A stretch of DNA of 64,000 bases, from the NCBI GenBank assembly GCA_040754655.1, contig JBFMCE010000003.1, forward strand, positions 3,231 to 67,230, written 5' to 3'. The notes beneath the pieces are model-generated. The model was not told where the DNA came from. It did not search any database and saw only the letters and a list, made by a program, of their open reading frames with translations. Position 1 is the stretch's first letter. Every line of letters begins with the position of its first letter. This DNA is from Bdellovibrionota bacterium. Its GTDB lineage: Bacteria > Bdellovibrionota > UBA1018 > UBA923. Below, piece by piece: positions 1 to 8,845 of the stretch. Both the position numbers and the translations under genes were made by a program.

Positions 1-1196
1 GAACCTGGTTTTTTAAAGAGCACGGCTGCGATCAAACCCTTGCCCAAGATATACGAGATGCGATCCGGAAAGCTTGCTTGTATGTCCGCCAGTCCTTTGA
101 ATAAGAGCTCACCCTTGCGCTCAGTTTCAGAGATGAGTTCCAGCCTTTCAATTTCTTCCAAGGTAGCGAGACCAGCCGCCGACACCAGGGGATTGGCCGA
201 ATGGGTGCTGCTCATATTGCCTACTTCAGGCAAGTCCATGATGTGCTTTCGACCAAGTACTCCAGAAATAGGAAAACCAGATCCCATGCCTTTTCCAACA
301 GCGATGAGATCGGGTTCGACCTCGTAGTGTTCAAAACCAAATCGTTTTCCAGTTCTGGCAAAACCTGCCTGCATTTCATCGAAGGCAAGCAAGGCGCCGT
401 TGCTTCTGCAGATTCTCTCGATGCTTTTTACGAAGGCCTTGGGATAGAATACCGCGCCCCATCCCTGAAAAGTCTCAAGCATGAAACCACAAATGTCTTT
501 GGAAAGGTCAACGCCAGAGTCAGTGATCTTTTTCAGTCCTGTGGCGAGGAACCTCTCAGCAGCCGCCTCGTTTTCAATCAACCAAGGATAAGGAAATGGA
601 ATGTGATGGATGTTGGGATCAAGGTACCCCACCCACTCTTTTTGTTTAATATTGCTGCTCATCATTTGGGCGCCCATCGTGCGGCCATGCCAATTTGATT
701 CGATGCAGATGACGCCCAGTTTGCGTTTTCCTTGGGTCTGCCCGTGCATTCTCATCAGCTTGAGCGCGGCTTCAGTCGCTTCTGTGCCTGCGGAAAGCAA
801 AAAGGCCTTCTCAAAAGGAGGTCCTGCGAACTCGACGAGCTTCTTTAAGTAATGCAACCGAGGCTCGTTGGCGTAAGCGTATGAGTGCACCAGTTGTTGG
901 TCGAGCATCTTGCGAAGAGAGCTTGCAAGGTGTTCGTTTGCATGTCCAATATTCGTCACAAAGATAGTCGAAGTGAAGTCGATCCATTTATTCCCTGCTT
1001 TGTCATAAATACTATGACCCTTGGCCTTGTCCCAGACCAGAGGCAACTGGCCATGCATCGATCTAGATTCAACCTGATCGAGCTGGTTTAAGATCTGCTC
1101 AGTGCCCGGCGTAGGAATCTCGGTCTTTATCGTGCGGTGTTTCGTTTCGATGAGTGGGACTTTTTTTGGAGCGCGTGAAAATTGATATCCTGCCAT
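1..1196 (-). CDS. Class III PLP-dependent aminotransferase (GSA-aminomutase-like); the 3' end runs off the window
   Basis: Reverse-strand translation from ATG at 1196-1194 gives MAGYQFSRAPKK...AGTEATEAALKLMR...LAFDEMQAGFARTGKRFGFE...AVGKGMGSGFPISG. The FDE.Q.GF.RTG and GKG..G.P motifs are typical of class III aminotransferases. It is missing from the ORF track only because it runs off the window edge. Confidence 0.75.
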   Translation of the reverse strand, partial: MAGYQFSRAPKKVPLIETKHRTIKTEIPTPGTEQILNQLDQVESRSMHGQLPLVWDKAKGHSIYDKAGNKWIDFTSTIFVTNIGHANEHLASSLRKMLDQQLVHSYAYANEPRLHYLKKLVEFAGPPFEKAFLLSAGTEATEAALKLMRMHGQTQGKRKLGVICIESNWHGRTMGAQMMSSNIKQKEWVGYLDPNIHHIPFPYPWLIENEAAAERFLATGLKKITDSGVDLSKDICGFMLETFQGWGAVFYPKAFVKSIERICRSNGALLAFDEMQAGFARTGKRFGFEHYEVEPDLIAVGKGMGSGFPISGVLGRKHIMDLPEVGNMSSTHSANPLVSAAGLATLEEIERLELISETERKGELLFKGLADIQASFPDRISYILGKGLIAAVLFKKPG

Positions 1197-1201
1197 TATT
1201 G

Positions 1202-1921
1202 TCACCCGAATAGTTTTTGGAAAATAGTTTTGTCTTTATGGATCTGGAACTCAAGAAGTTCGAATTCTTCAAGCGTATCCACTTCGACGACCTTTGACGT
1301 TACGAAGCCGTAAACTTTGTTCCCATGAATGCGCTCGTGCTCTAATACGAATGAGGCGCGCAAGACATCTACGTATCCATTGCCATAAAAGGTCGGTGGA
1401 AACGCTTGTCTGGCAGAGTTTGAAGCATCCAGTTCGAAGGATCCTGATCCCACGGCCTTTAACCACTCTTCGTGGATCTCGAAAGACTTGTAAGCAGACT
1501 CTGGCATCTGGTGCACCGAGCGCAACGCGGTTGAGGGCGGTGAAGTTCTGAATTTTTCTATGGCTTGGTCAATGAGTTCAGGCTCTCTGAGCGGAGTTGT
1601 CGGCCTCAAGTGCACTAAGAATTCCGGTAGTTTGCCTTCATTGTCTTTAAACCAATCAAGCGCATGAGCGACAAATTCATAATCGGTTGACCGATCGCCT
1701 GAAATTGCAGCGGGTCTGAGGAAAGGAACTTCGGCGCCGTAGTGTCGCGCGATCTCGGCGATCTCGCTAGAGTCCGTTGAAACGATCGTTCTCGAGGTGT
1801 GTTTTGATAAAATCGATGCTCGTATTGAATATGCGATCAGCGGGTGCCCATGAAGTTGCTTGAGGTTTTTTCCGGGAATGCCTTTTGAGCCGCCTCTGGC
1901 GGGAATAATAGAATAAACCAT
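1202..1921 (-). CDS. Acylneuraminate cytidylyltransferase family (CMP-nonulosonate synthetase, NeuA-like)
   Basis: N-terminal IIPARGGSKGIPGKNL is the classic NeuA/CTP_transf_3 motif. Length 239 aa. Stop codon lies 3 nt from the downstream aminotransferase start. Confidence 0.85.
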   Translation of the reverse strand: MVYSIIPARGGSKGIPGKNLKQLHGHPLIAYSIRASILSKHTSRTIVSTDSSEIAEIARHYGAEVPFLRPAAISGDRSTDYEFVAHALDWFKDNEGKLPEFLVHLRPTTPLREPELIDQAIEKFRTSPPSTALRSVHQMPESAYKSFEIHEEWLKAVGSGSFELDASNSARQAFPPTFYGNGYVDVLRASFVLEHERIHGNKVYGFVTSKVVEVDTLEEFELLEFQIHKDKTIFQKLFG

Positions 1922-1938
1922 AACCTTCAGCCGAGATC

Positions 1939-2412
1939 CTAGTTCCTCGCCGCGGAATTTGCAACGACCCAGTCGTAGACATGCCTGACGATGCCGCTTC
2001 CACCGGCGGCCGGGATTGTTTTCTTCGCGAGCTTCAAGATTTCAGGATGGCTGTCATTGGGGCACATTGAAAAACCTACTATCTGCATGCAACCCGCGTC
2101 GTTCATATCATTACCGATGTAGCAAACGTCGCTTGGCGTGAGGCTTTTCTTTTCCAAAAGGGCGACAAGGGCTGCTTTTTTATCTTCCTGACCTTGAATG
2201 GCCTCAATATTGAGTTTTCTTGCGCGAGCACTCACCACGGGGTTTTTTTCGGTGGAAAGAATGATTTGTTCGATCCCCAGCTTTCGAATTTGTCCCATCC
2301 ACCACCCGTCAGAGCGGTTGCAGGCCACGCTTTCACGTCCATCTTCCGTGACCCAAACTCGGTTATCGGTGAGGACGCCATCAAAGTCGTAAACGATGAG
2401 TCGCGTTACCAT
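1939..2412 (-). CDS. HAD-IIIA phosphatase, KdsC-like (putative nonulosonate-9-phosphate / Kdo-8-phosphate type phosphatase)
   Basis: The DFDGVLTDN and GNDMNDAGCM motifs in a 157 aa protein match the KdsC / Kdn-9-P phosphatase subfamily. Confidence 0.8.
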   Translation of the reverse strand: MVTRLIVYDFDGVLTDNRVWVTEDGRESVACNRSDGWWMGQIRKLGIEQIILSTEKNPVVSARARKLNIEAIQGQEDKKAALVALLEKKSLTPSDVCYIGNDMNDAGCMQIVGFSMCPNDSHPEILKLAKKTIPAAGGSGIVRHVYDWVVANSAARN

Positions 2413-3251
2413 ATGGTTCTGCCTCCATCGATCACAAGGTTCGCACCTGTCATGAACGACGAGGCATCCGAGGCTAAAAATACTAATGCGCCCTTGTATT
2501 CATGGGGCTTAGCCATTCTTCCCATGGGGATGCGTTCAGTGAGTTCGCGAATGAACTTGGGGTCTTGATTGTTTTCAACGCCGGCAGGAGAGATCGCATT
2601 GACTCGGATATTTTGTTTCGCCCAGTAGGTCGCCCAATACCTCGTCATATGAATGAGGGCTGCCTTGCTTGTCGCGTACGACAACGGCGTATTGAATCCC
2701 ACTCCTGGATAGTCTCTTTCGGGATTTGGCTGGTAGATGCGATGGTCGGGGCTAATGACGCCTACATCGGAGGCGATGTTGATGATCGAGGCCCGCGGTG
2801 CGCGTTTTAGAAGGGGAGCCAAGCCCTGGGTCACCATGAAAGTGCCGGTTAAGTTGACGTGCATTGCAAGGTTCCAAAGTTCGAGCGGATACTCTTCGAA
2901 TGAGTCAAAATAGCGCTTAAACTTTTCTTGCCCACGGGCGACCGTCATTCCCGCATTGTTCACAAGGATATCAAGTTTGCCGAATTTCTCTTCGATAATT
3001 TGCGAAGCCTTGTCGATCGAGGCTTTGTCGCCAATATCGACTTCTTGAACGTGAATCTTTCCTTTGTGTTTTTCTTCCAAAGCCTGCTTGGCCTGTTGCA
3101 ACGCATCGGGGTTGATGTCCCAGAGCATGACAGAAGCATTTGCTTCAGCTAGCGCAGCAGCATGTTGTTTCCCAAGCAGGCCGGCACCGCCCGTAATAAC
3201 GGCAACACGGTCGGAAAGATCAAATAAGGCGTGAATCGATATCGTTTCCAT
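2406..3251 (-). CDS. SDR family oxidoreductase
   Basis: Rossmann motif TGGAGLLG, NNAG motif, and catalytic Y...K in YATSKAAL. Confidence 0.8.
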   Translation of the reverse strand: METISIHALFDLSDRVAVITGGAGLLGKQHAAALAEANASVMLWDINPDALQQAKQALEEKHKGKIHVQEVDIGDKASIDKASQIIEEKFGKLDILVNNAGMTVARGQEKFKRYFDSFEEYPLELWNLAMHVNLTGTFMVTQGLAPLLKRAPRASIINIASDVGVISPDHRIYQPNPERDYPGVGFNTPLSYATSKAALIHMTRYWATYWAKQNIRVNAISPAGVENNQDPKFIRELTERIPMGRMAKPHEYKGALVFLASDASSFMTGANLVIDGGRTIW

Positions 3252-3353
3252 AAGAACTCTCTTTGCACGGGTCGCCAGGTTAAGGCAAGGTCCTCGTTAT
3301 GGTCGACTTGTTTTGGGCTTTCTTGGACTTCAAATCATGCTACAGTTGGGCCC

Positions 3354-4247
3354 ATGGCGCAAACCGAATGCTTGAACTGCAAGTTTAGCGAACACGAAGT
3401 GAAGTACAAGGGACCTATTCGAGCAGGAACTTGGGGCCATCAGACCTCCGAAGACCAGCAAGTGCTCGCCTGCAAGCGATGCGGGCTTGCGCGGCTTGAG
3501 CATTTTCCGGATCAAAAAAAATTCTATAGCTCGGCAGAGTATCGCAATGCATATAATGGCTCTGTTCAGGTTCAAGATTATTTCAAGCTTCATGATCATG
3601 AACAGTCTCCTCGCATCGCGAACATCGGCGTTGAAAAGTTTCGGGGCGCTCGTGTTCTTGATTATGGTTGTGGCGGTGGGGCATTTCTGGATTTGGTGAA
3701 AGGTGTTGCCCAAGAGACTTTTGGGATTGAACCTTGCCTTGAGTTTCACGAGAGCTTAGGGAAACGCGGCCACCAAATTTTTGAATCGGCCCAAGATGCG
3801 CTTTCTCGAGTTGACGGGTCGATGGATGTCGTGCTGTCTTTCGGAGTGATTGAGCATGTCGTAGATCCGCTTGAATATCTTCAAAACATCAAAAGATTAT
3901 TGAAACCCGGCCGAAGCGCTTACCTGGAAACCGACAACCTCAATGAGATTTTGATGAACCTAGAAGTTCGTGAGTTTGAGCCCTTCTTTTATCGAACAGC
4001 TCATCTTTGGTATTTCACCGCTGAGACTTTGAAATCGCTTTGTGAAAGGGCGGGGCTTGAGGTGAGGCACATTGGGTTTCGGCACACTTACGATCTTTCA
4101 AACGCGATGGTGTGGATGAGAGACAGGCGTCCTACAGGGTTGAATAAGCTTGGCCTTTTTGATGATTCAATGAATGCCATGTGGCGATCTTCGTTGGAAG
4201 CAAGAGGCTTGGCTGATCTTATTTTCTTCGAGGTTGGGAAGGGTTAG
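3354..4247 (+). CDS. Class I SAM-dependent methyltransferase with N-terminal Cys4 zinc-ribbon
   Basis: CLNCKF...CKRCG zinc ribbon followed by SAM motif VLDYGCGGGAFLDL. The ORF-track start at 3231 overlaps the convergent SDR gene, so the internal ATG at 3354 (MAQTECLNCKF) is preferred. Confidence 0.7.
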   Translation: MAQTECLNCKFSEHEVKYKGPIRAGTWGHQTSEDQQVLACKRCGLARLEHFPDQKKFYSSAEYRNAYNGSVQVQDYFKLHDHEQSPRIANIGVEKFRGARVLDYGCGGGAFLDLVKGVAQETFGIEPCLEFHESLGKRGHQIFESAQDALSRVDGSMDVVLSFGVIEHVVDPLEYLQNIKRLLKPGRSAYLETDNLNEILMNLEVREFEPFFYRTAHLWYFTAETLKSLCERAGLEVRHIGFRHTYDLSNAMVWMRDRRPTGLNKLGLFDDSMNAMWRSSLEARGLADLIFFEVGKG

Positions 4248-4340
4248 GCGCTTCTTACACGAAGATATGGAAGCCTTGGTTCGCGTTCGTTCTGAGGCAG
4301 CTCAGTTTGATGACGAGGGGCTTGGAGGAGTCAGGGCAGC

Positions 4341-4994
4341 TTATTCGTTCGGTCGATCTATTTGGAATGTAATCCCGTCTTTGTACTTAGAGTCGCCGTA
4401 GTTTGTTTCCCAAAGGATTTTACTGGCGGCGCTATCGTCTCGAAAACTAATCTTGTAAGCAGTAGATCCGAGTTCGCTTGCGTTTTCTTCTGAGATCTTG
4501 AATTCGACCTGTCGTTGAAAGGTCGTATTTTCGGGCCGAAATTTTGCCTTTCCGATTGGAAACAGCGTTCCTTGGTAGGAGCCTAGACGCGACTGAACGA
4601 CTGCATGGATAGCGTCGAGGTCTCTTTTAGAGATCGTTTGCACCATCTTGTTGTAAGCGTCTCTTGCCGCATCCAAGCAGTACTTAAAGGATTTAGAGTG
4701 TTTTTTTGAGTTTCCGGCGGTCTTTATCTCGAACTTGGTTGTTCGCGGATATCCCGTTTCACCGCGTGAGATGATAAATTCGTAATCTCCCCTGACGGCA
4801 TCTTTTTGAAGATCGGCAGTCCTTATTCCGCTTCGAGTCAAGCACCCCTGAAACATTGCAAGTGGGATTCCCGTAAAATGCCATGCGGAATATTGTCTTT
4901 GGGATCGTGTAAAATTATCTGAGGGATTAGTTGCGGTTGCGCAGCCGGTGATGGAGCTGAGGATCATGCATCCAAGAAGTAGCGCTAGCTGCAT
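4341..4994 (-). CDS. Hypothetical lipoprotein
   Basis: From the internal Met, MQLALLLGCMILSSITGCATA gives a signal peptide with an ITGC lipobox. GGAGAAAAATG Shine-Dalgarno precedes this start. No recognisable catalytic motif. Confidence 0.5.
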   Translation of the reverse strand: MQLALLLGCMILSSITGCATATNPSDNFTRSQRQYSAWHFTGIPLAMFQGCLTRSGIRTADLQKDAVRGDYEFIISRGETGYPRTTKFEIKTAGNSKKHSKSFKYCLDAARDAYNKMVQTISKRDLDAIHAVVQSRLGSYQGTLFPIGKAKFRPENTTFQRQVEFKISEENASELGSTAYKISFRDDSAASKILWETNYGDSKYKDGITFQIDRPNE

Positions 4995-5183
4995 TTTTCT
5001 CCGACGTGATGGATTTAAACAGAAGTACTTTATCATGGGTTTTATTACTTCAAGGATCCCGTTTTAAAAAGCCTTATTTGGGCTCTTTTTTTGGGAGTGT
5101 CGCTCGTTCGTGTGTTCGCGTGGCGGAGAAGTAGGTGATTCGTGGCCTGAAGATTGCTTAGGTTGCGGCAAGAGGTAAAGAAA

Positions 5184-6212
5184 ATGAACGAGTTTCAATC
5201 CAAACTTCATGAACAGGCGTTGGTGGTGGCTAGAACACATCGGGAGGCAGAAGCGGATCTTCTCGACGTCTTGCAAAAGGTTGAACAGCACAAGGTATTC
5301 ATTGCGGTTGGCTGCTCGAGCATGTTCCAGTACTGCGTCCAAATCTTAAGACTGTCTGAGAACACGGCGTTCAATGCCATTACTGTCGCAAGAAAATCCA
5401 AAGAAGTTCCAAGTCTCAAGCAGGAAGTGAAGGCTGGTCGAATTACCCTTTCCAGTGCCAGAAGAGTTACTTCGGTATTAACTCCGAAAAACCAACAGAA
5501 GTGGCTGGGACTTGCCTCGCGCCTTCCACAAAGGGCGCTTGAAAGGGAGATTGCAAAAGAAAACCCAAGAACCGCTACTCGAGAGATGGCGACCTATGTC
5601 TCAGAACACAGATTGGAGTTGAAACTTGGCGTTTCGGAAAAACTTATTGCCGATTTAAGAAGGGTTCAAGACCTCTTGAGTCAAAAGCGCCAGAAGCCCG
5701 TAAGTCTTGAGCAAGCTTTGGAGGCGATGACAGCGCTTTACCTTGAAAGTAACGATCCGGTAAAGAAAGCGGACCGGATTCTTGGGAGGGTTGGCCGGCA
5801 ATCGGATTCTGTAGGAAAGACACCGCAGGTCGCGACGGAGAATCATAAGGTGCCGGCGCAATACGAAGACCAGATCTCGACAACTCAATTCGGCGCACGC
5901 CGAGAATCCCGACAAGTTAGGACAGGTGCTCCAATGTCTTTCATGACTGCGCCGCAAAGGCTAGCCGAGGCTCAACCCGTGCGTCCTAATAGGAGAGCAG
6001 CGATTTTAGCTGGAGTTCGTCATAAGGTCTTTAGGAAGACAAAGGGACAATGCACTTATCGGGACTCCAAAGGAAATCGATGCAATGAGCAGAGGTGGCT
6101 GCATTTTCACCATATCAAACCCGTTTCAGAGGGGGGCGAAAATGTTCAAGAAAATCTCACGCTTCTTTGTAGGAATCACCATGTCTATTTGCATCGGATG
6201 GGAGTGATATAG
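5184..6212 (+). CDS. HNH endonuclease domain protein (DUF222-like N-terminus)
   Basis: C-terminal C..C...HFHHIKPVSEGGENVQENLTLLCRNHH is an HNH motif (H-N-H with CxxC). RBS AAGAGGTAAAG lies upstream of the ATG at 5184. Confidence 0.7.
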   Translation: MNEFQSKLHEQALVVARTHREAEADLLDVLQKVEQHKVFIAVGCSSMFQYCVQILRLSENTAFNAITVARKSKEVPSLKQEVKAGRITLSSARRVTSVLTPKNQQKWLGLASRLPQRALEREIAKENPRTATREMATYVSEHRLELKLGVSEKLIADLRRVQDLLSQKRQKPVSLEQALEAMTALYLESNDPVKKADRILGRVGRQSDSVGKTPQVATENHKVPAQYEDQISTTQFGARRESRQVRTGAPMSFMTAPQRLAEAQPVRPNRRAAILAGVRHKVFRKTKGQCTYRDSKGNRCNEQRWLHFHHIKPVSEGGENVQENLTLLCRNHHVYLHRMGVI

Positions 6213-6285
6213 GTACTGAGTAAGTCATTGGAAGAAAAAACTTGTCGGAAAGAAGTAAGCTTTTCCTTTTGTCCCTTCTGGAATG

Positions 6286-7044
6286 CTAAGCGGGCGTTTG
6301 ACCGCCATCGACCCTAACAACGCTTCCAGTGCAAAACGAGGCTTGGGTTGAAGCGAGAAAAACCACGAAAGAAGCGATTTCTTCTGGTTTTCCAAAACGT
6401 TTCATCGGTACGGCGGCTTGAATGTGTTGCTCGATCTTTTCTTTGTCTCGGGTCATGAGAGCTTCCCAGCGCCCACCCTCAGCATAAATATTTCCCGGGG
6501 CGACGAGGTTGAAGCGTATCGAGTCTTCAGCCAGTTCTTTTGAGGCAATTACGCAAAAGTGTTCAAGGGCGCTTTTGGCGGCACTATAGCTTACTGGGGC
6601 GCCTAACCTGGTTTGGCCTGCGATTGAAGAAATGCCCACGACCGAAGCTTTTCGCGAGGTTTTCAATAAAGGTCTGAACAATCGAAGAAGCCCTGCATGT
6701 GAAACCAAGTTGAGATTTAAAACCCGGTGCCATTCTTCGTCTGGGGTATCAAGGCCTGCGTGTGATGCCTGCCCACTCCCGACGTTTAAAACCAGGATGT
6801 CGAGGCTCGTCCATGTCTGCTCGACTTCCGAAAAGAACCTTTTTCGATCATCCCCACGCTCTAAGTCGCAGATAGTAAATTTACAGTTAGCAAGCGCCTT
6901 AGATGCCTTAAGAAGTTGCTTCTCGTCTCTGCCAGTGATCCAGACCTCGGCCCCTTCTTCAAAGAAAGCCTTGGCAATAGCAAACCCCATTCCCCGCGAG
7001 CTTCCGGCAATGGCCACGCGAGCGCCCTGCAATCCTAACTGCAT
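6286..7044 (-). CDS. SDR family oxidoreductase
   Basis: AIAGSSRGMGFAIA Rossmann motif, NVGSG motif, and catalytic Y...K in YSAAKSAL. Confidence 0.8.
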   Translation of the reverse strand: MQLGLQGARVAIAGSSRGMGFAIAKAFFEEGAEVWITGRDEKQLLKASKALANCKFTICDLERGDDRKRFFSEVEQTWTSLDILVLNVGSGQASHAGLDTPDEEWHRVLNLNLVSHAGLLRLFRPLLKTSRKASVVGISSIAGQTRLGAPVSYSAAKSALEHFCVIASKELAEDSIRFNLVAPGNIYAEGGRWEALMTRDKEKIEQHIQAAVPMKRFGKPEEIASFVVFLASTQASFCTGSVVRVDGGQTPA

Positions 7045-7883
7045 AAGTTATTGATCCACTCTTTGACCATGCGACGGTACTTCGCAGCCGCACCCAAATA
7101 GTCTTCCGAAGGTGCGGTTTGAAGAATGAAATCTTCGTTATAATGAGAAGCCTTCAGCCCCTTAAATGCGCGTTCAAAGTCAGTATTACCCGAAAGTAAA
7201 GGAACCGTTGTCCCGCCAAGCATACGGTCTTTGATGTGCACATTTAAAATCCGGTCACCAAAGGCCCGACACTCCGATAGCGCGTCATATCCGAGAGCGG
7301 CAGAATTGCCTAAGTCAAGATTTGCTCCCACATTCTTTGGAAGTTGATTTAAAAAATTCCGAAACTCAACAGGTGCGAGGTCAGTTTCAACAGCGATACG
7401 CAAACCAAGCTCGCTGGCTTTCTCTGCAACCAGCGCAAGCCTCTCGACTGCAAGCGTTCTATCTTTGGGGTCCTGCAACGACGACGAGTCGACAAACGGG
7501 AATTCCACCAAAGGGCATTTGATCTGTCGAGCAATTTCCAAGAGCTCGAATGTTTTGGCCATGATGCCTTTGGCTTTCGATGAATCGCGCTCTACGAGCT
7601 TGTGGATCATGAAATAGTCAGCGCAAATAGATGCGAGGGCAATCCCAGACCGTTTCGATAGCGCCATCAGCTCTTGCCGCCCTGAGACGCTGACCAAGGG
7701 ATTGTCTACGAGGTAGAGTTCATCATAAATAAGCTCGATGCATTCGAACTCAAGTGATTGAGCTCGCTCAAATTCTTCTCGCCAAGACTCGCGTGGGAAG
7801 GCTTGAATGCGATCAGAGGGCTTTGGTGAGAGCCTTCCCTGCATGAATCCTACTCTGTGCGGGATTTTGCTTTGAAGAAGCAC
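7035..7883 (-). CDS. Sugar phosphate isomerase/epimerase (xylose-isomerase-like TIM barrel), putative
   Basis: 282 aa with alternating acidic/hydrophobic TIM-barrel pattern (ECIELIYDE, RIAVETD, NLDLGN). Weak motif-level match only. Confidence 0.4.
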   Translation of the reverse strand: MLLQSKIPHRVGFMQGRLSPKPSDRIQAFPRESWREEFERAQSLEFECIELIYDELYLVDNPLVSVSGRQELMALSKRSGIALASICADYFMIHKLVERDSSKAKGIMAKTFELLEIARQIKCPLVEFPFVDSSSLQDPKDRTLAVERLALVAEKASELGLRIAVETDLAPVEFRNFLNQLPKNVGANLDLGNSAALGYDALSECRAFGDRILNVHIKDRMLGGTTVPLLSGNTDFERAFKGLKASHYNEDFILQTAPSEDYLGAAAKYRRMVKEWINNLCS

Positions 7884-7889
7884 GTTTGT

Positions 7890-8747
7890 TTAGGCCTCGA
7901 AATAACGCAGCTTCTTTGCCACTGCCTTTTCAGCGTCGCCGAAAGTTTTTTCGCCGGTGCCAAAAGCCCCTTCCATAGCGCGAATGTATTTTGTCAAAAT
8001 CTCAAGTCCACGTGACTCAAGAGAAGCCGCCTGATCACTGCCATACATCGCGCGATCAAGCGTGATGTGTCTTTCGATCGCATCGGCTCCGAGTGCTGCA
8101 GCCAACATAGAGGGCAATACCCCTGCTTCATGGCCACTATAGCCAACAGGGCATTTGTAGCGTTCCCGCAACGAGAGCATCACAGCCACATTGGTTTCAT
8201 TTTCCGCACAAGGGTAAGTCGAGACGGTGTGCATCAAAGTGTATTTGCAGTTTTGTTTTTCAAAAATTTCTACGGCGCGATCAACTTCTGGATAGCCGCA
8301 CATCCCCGTCGAAATAAAAGTATGCTTTTTCTCGGAAGCAACGCGCTCTACAAACTTCCAGTGCGTCAGCATCGCAGAAGCGATCTTGTTATGAGCGCAA
8401 TTGAATTTTTCTAAGAAATCTTGGCTGCCTAAATCCCATGCCGAAGCAAACCAACCGATACCGACCTCTTTGCAATAACGGTCGATTTCTTTGTACTGGT
8501 CTTGATTGAATTCAAGTCCCATCTTTTGTTCACGTTGGGTTGTCCCCCACGGGCTCTCTCTGGTCTGAGAAAGTACTTCTTGCGTGTACACGACGTTGAT
8601 GTCGCGCTTCTGGAACTTCACGTAGTCGCAGCTATTCTTTTTGGCCATATCAATGAGTTGTTTTGCGATCTCCACACTTCCGTTGTGATTGATTCCGATT
8701 TCTGCGATGATGGCGCATTTAGAATTGGGGCGTTTTACAGCAAACAT
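7890..8747 (-). CDS. NeuB-family nonulosonate synthase (PEP-condensing), short form lacking the C-terminal SAF domain
   Basis: IIAEIGINHNGS is the signature NeuB motif; YSGHE metal-site region is present. At 285 aa it ends before the antifreeze-like domain that PseI and LegI in this window carry. Confidence 0.85.
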   Translation of the reverse strand: MFAVKRPNSKCAIIAEIGINHNGSVEIAKQLIDMAKKNSCDYVKFQKRDINVVYTQEVLSQTRESPWGTTQREQKMGLEFNQDQYKEIDRYCKEVGIGWFASAWDLGSQDFLEKFNCAHNKIASAMLTHWKFVERVASEKKHTFISTGMCGYPEVDRAVEIFEKQNCKYTLMHTVSTYPCAENETNVAVMLSLRERYKCPVGYSGHEAGVLPSMLAAALGADAIERHITLDRAMYGSDQAASLESRGLEILTKYIRAMEGAFGTGEKTFGDAEKAVAKKLRYFEA

Positions 8748-8762
8748 GATTCAGGTCCTTTC

Positions 8763-8777
8763 CTAAGAATTTCTTAG
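8763..8777. promoter_or_regulatory. Perfect 7-1-7 palindrome CTAAGAATTTCTTAG in a divergent intergenic region (candidate operator)
   Basis: Read directly from the sequence. Lies between the start of the NeuB-like gene (8747, minus) and the tandem-GT gene (8846, plus). Confidence 0.35.
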
Positions 8778-8845
8778 ACGCTCTAGACAGAGAATCATGC
8801 TACATTTGTGGGCGGATTGCTAATGGAAAGTGTGGCCTAAAGTCA

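Noticed and set aside
40-1091. Four plus-strand ORFs of 68-165 aa in the first 1.1 kb.
   Set aside because: They lie antisense within the clearly coding minus-strand class III aminotransferase gene (1-1196). They have no motifs and are spurious.
3231-3353. N-terminal extension of the zinc-ribbon methyltransferase in the ORF track.
   Set aside because: It overlaps the 3' end of the convergent SDR gene. The conserved zinc-ribbon begins just after the internal ATG at 3354.
6212-6286. Possible bidirectional terminator between the convergent HNH and SDR genes (GGAAAGAAGTAAGCTTTTCC followed by TTTT).
   Set aside because: The stem is imperfect and short. It is not reported as a feature.
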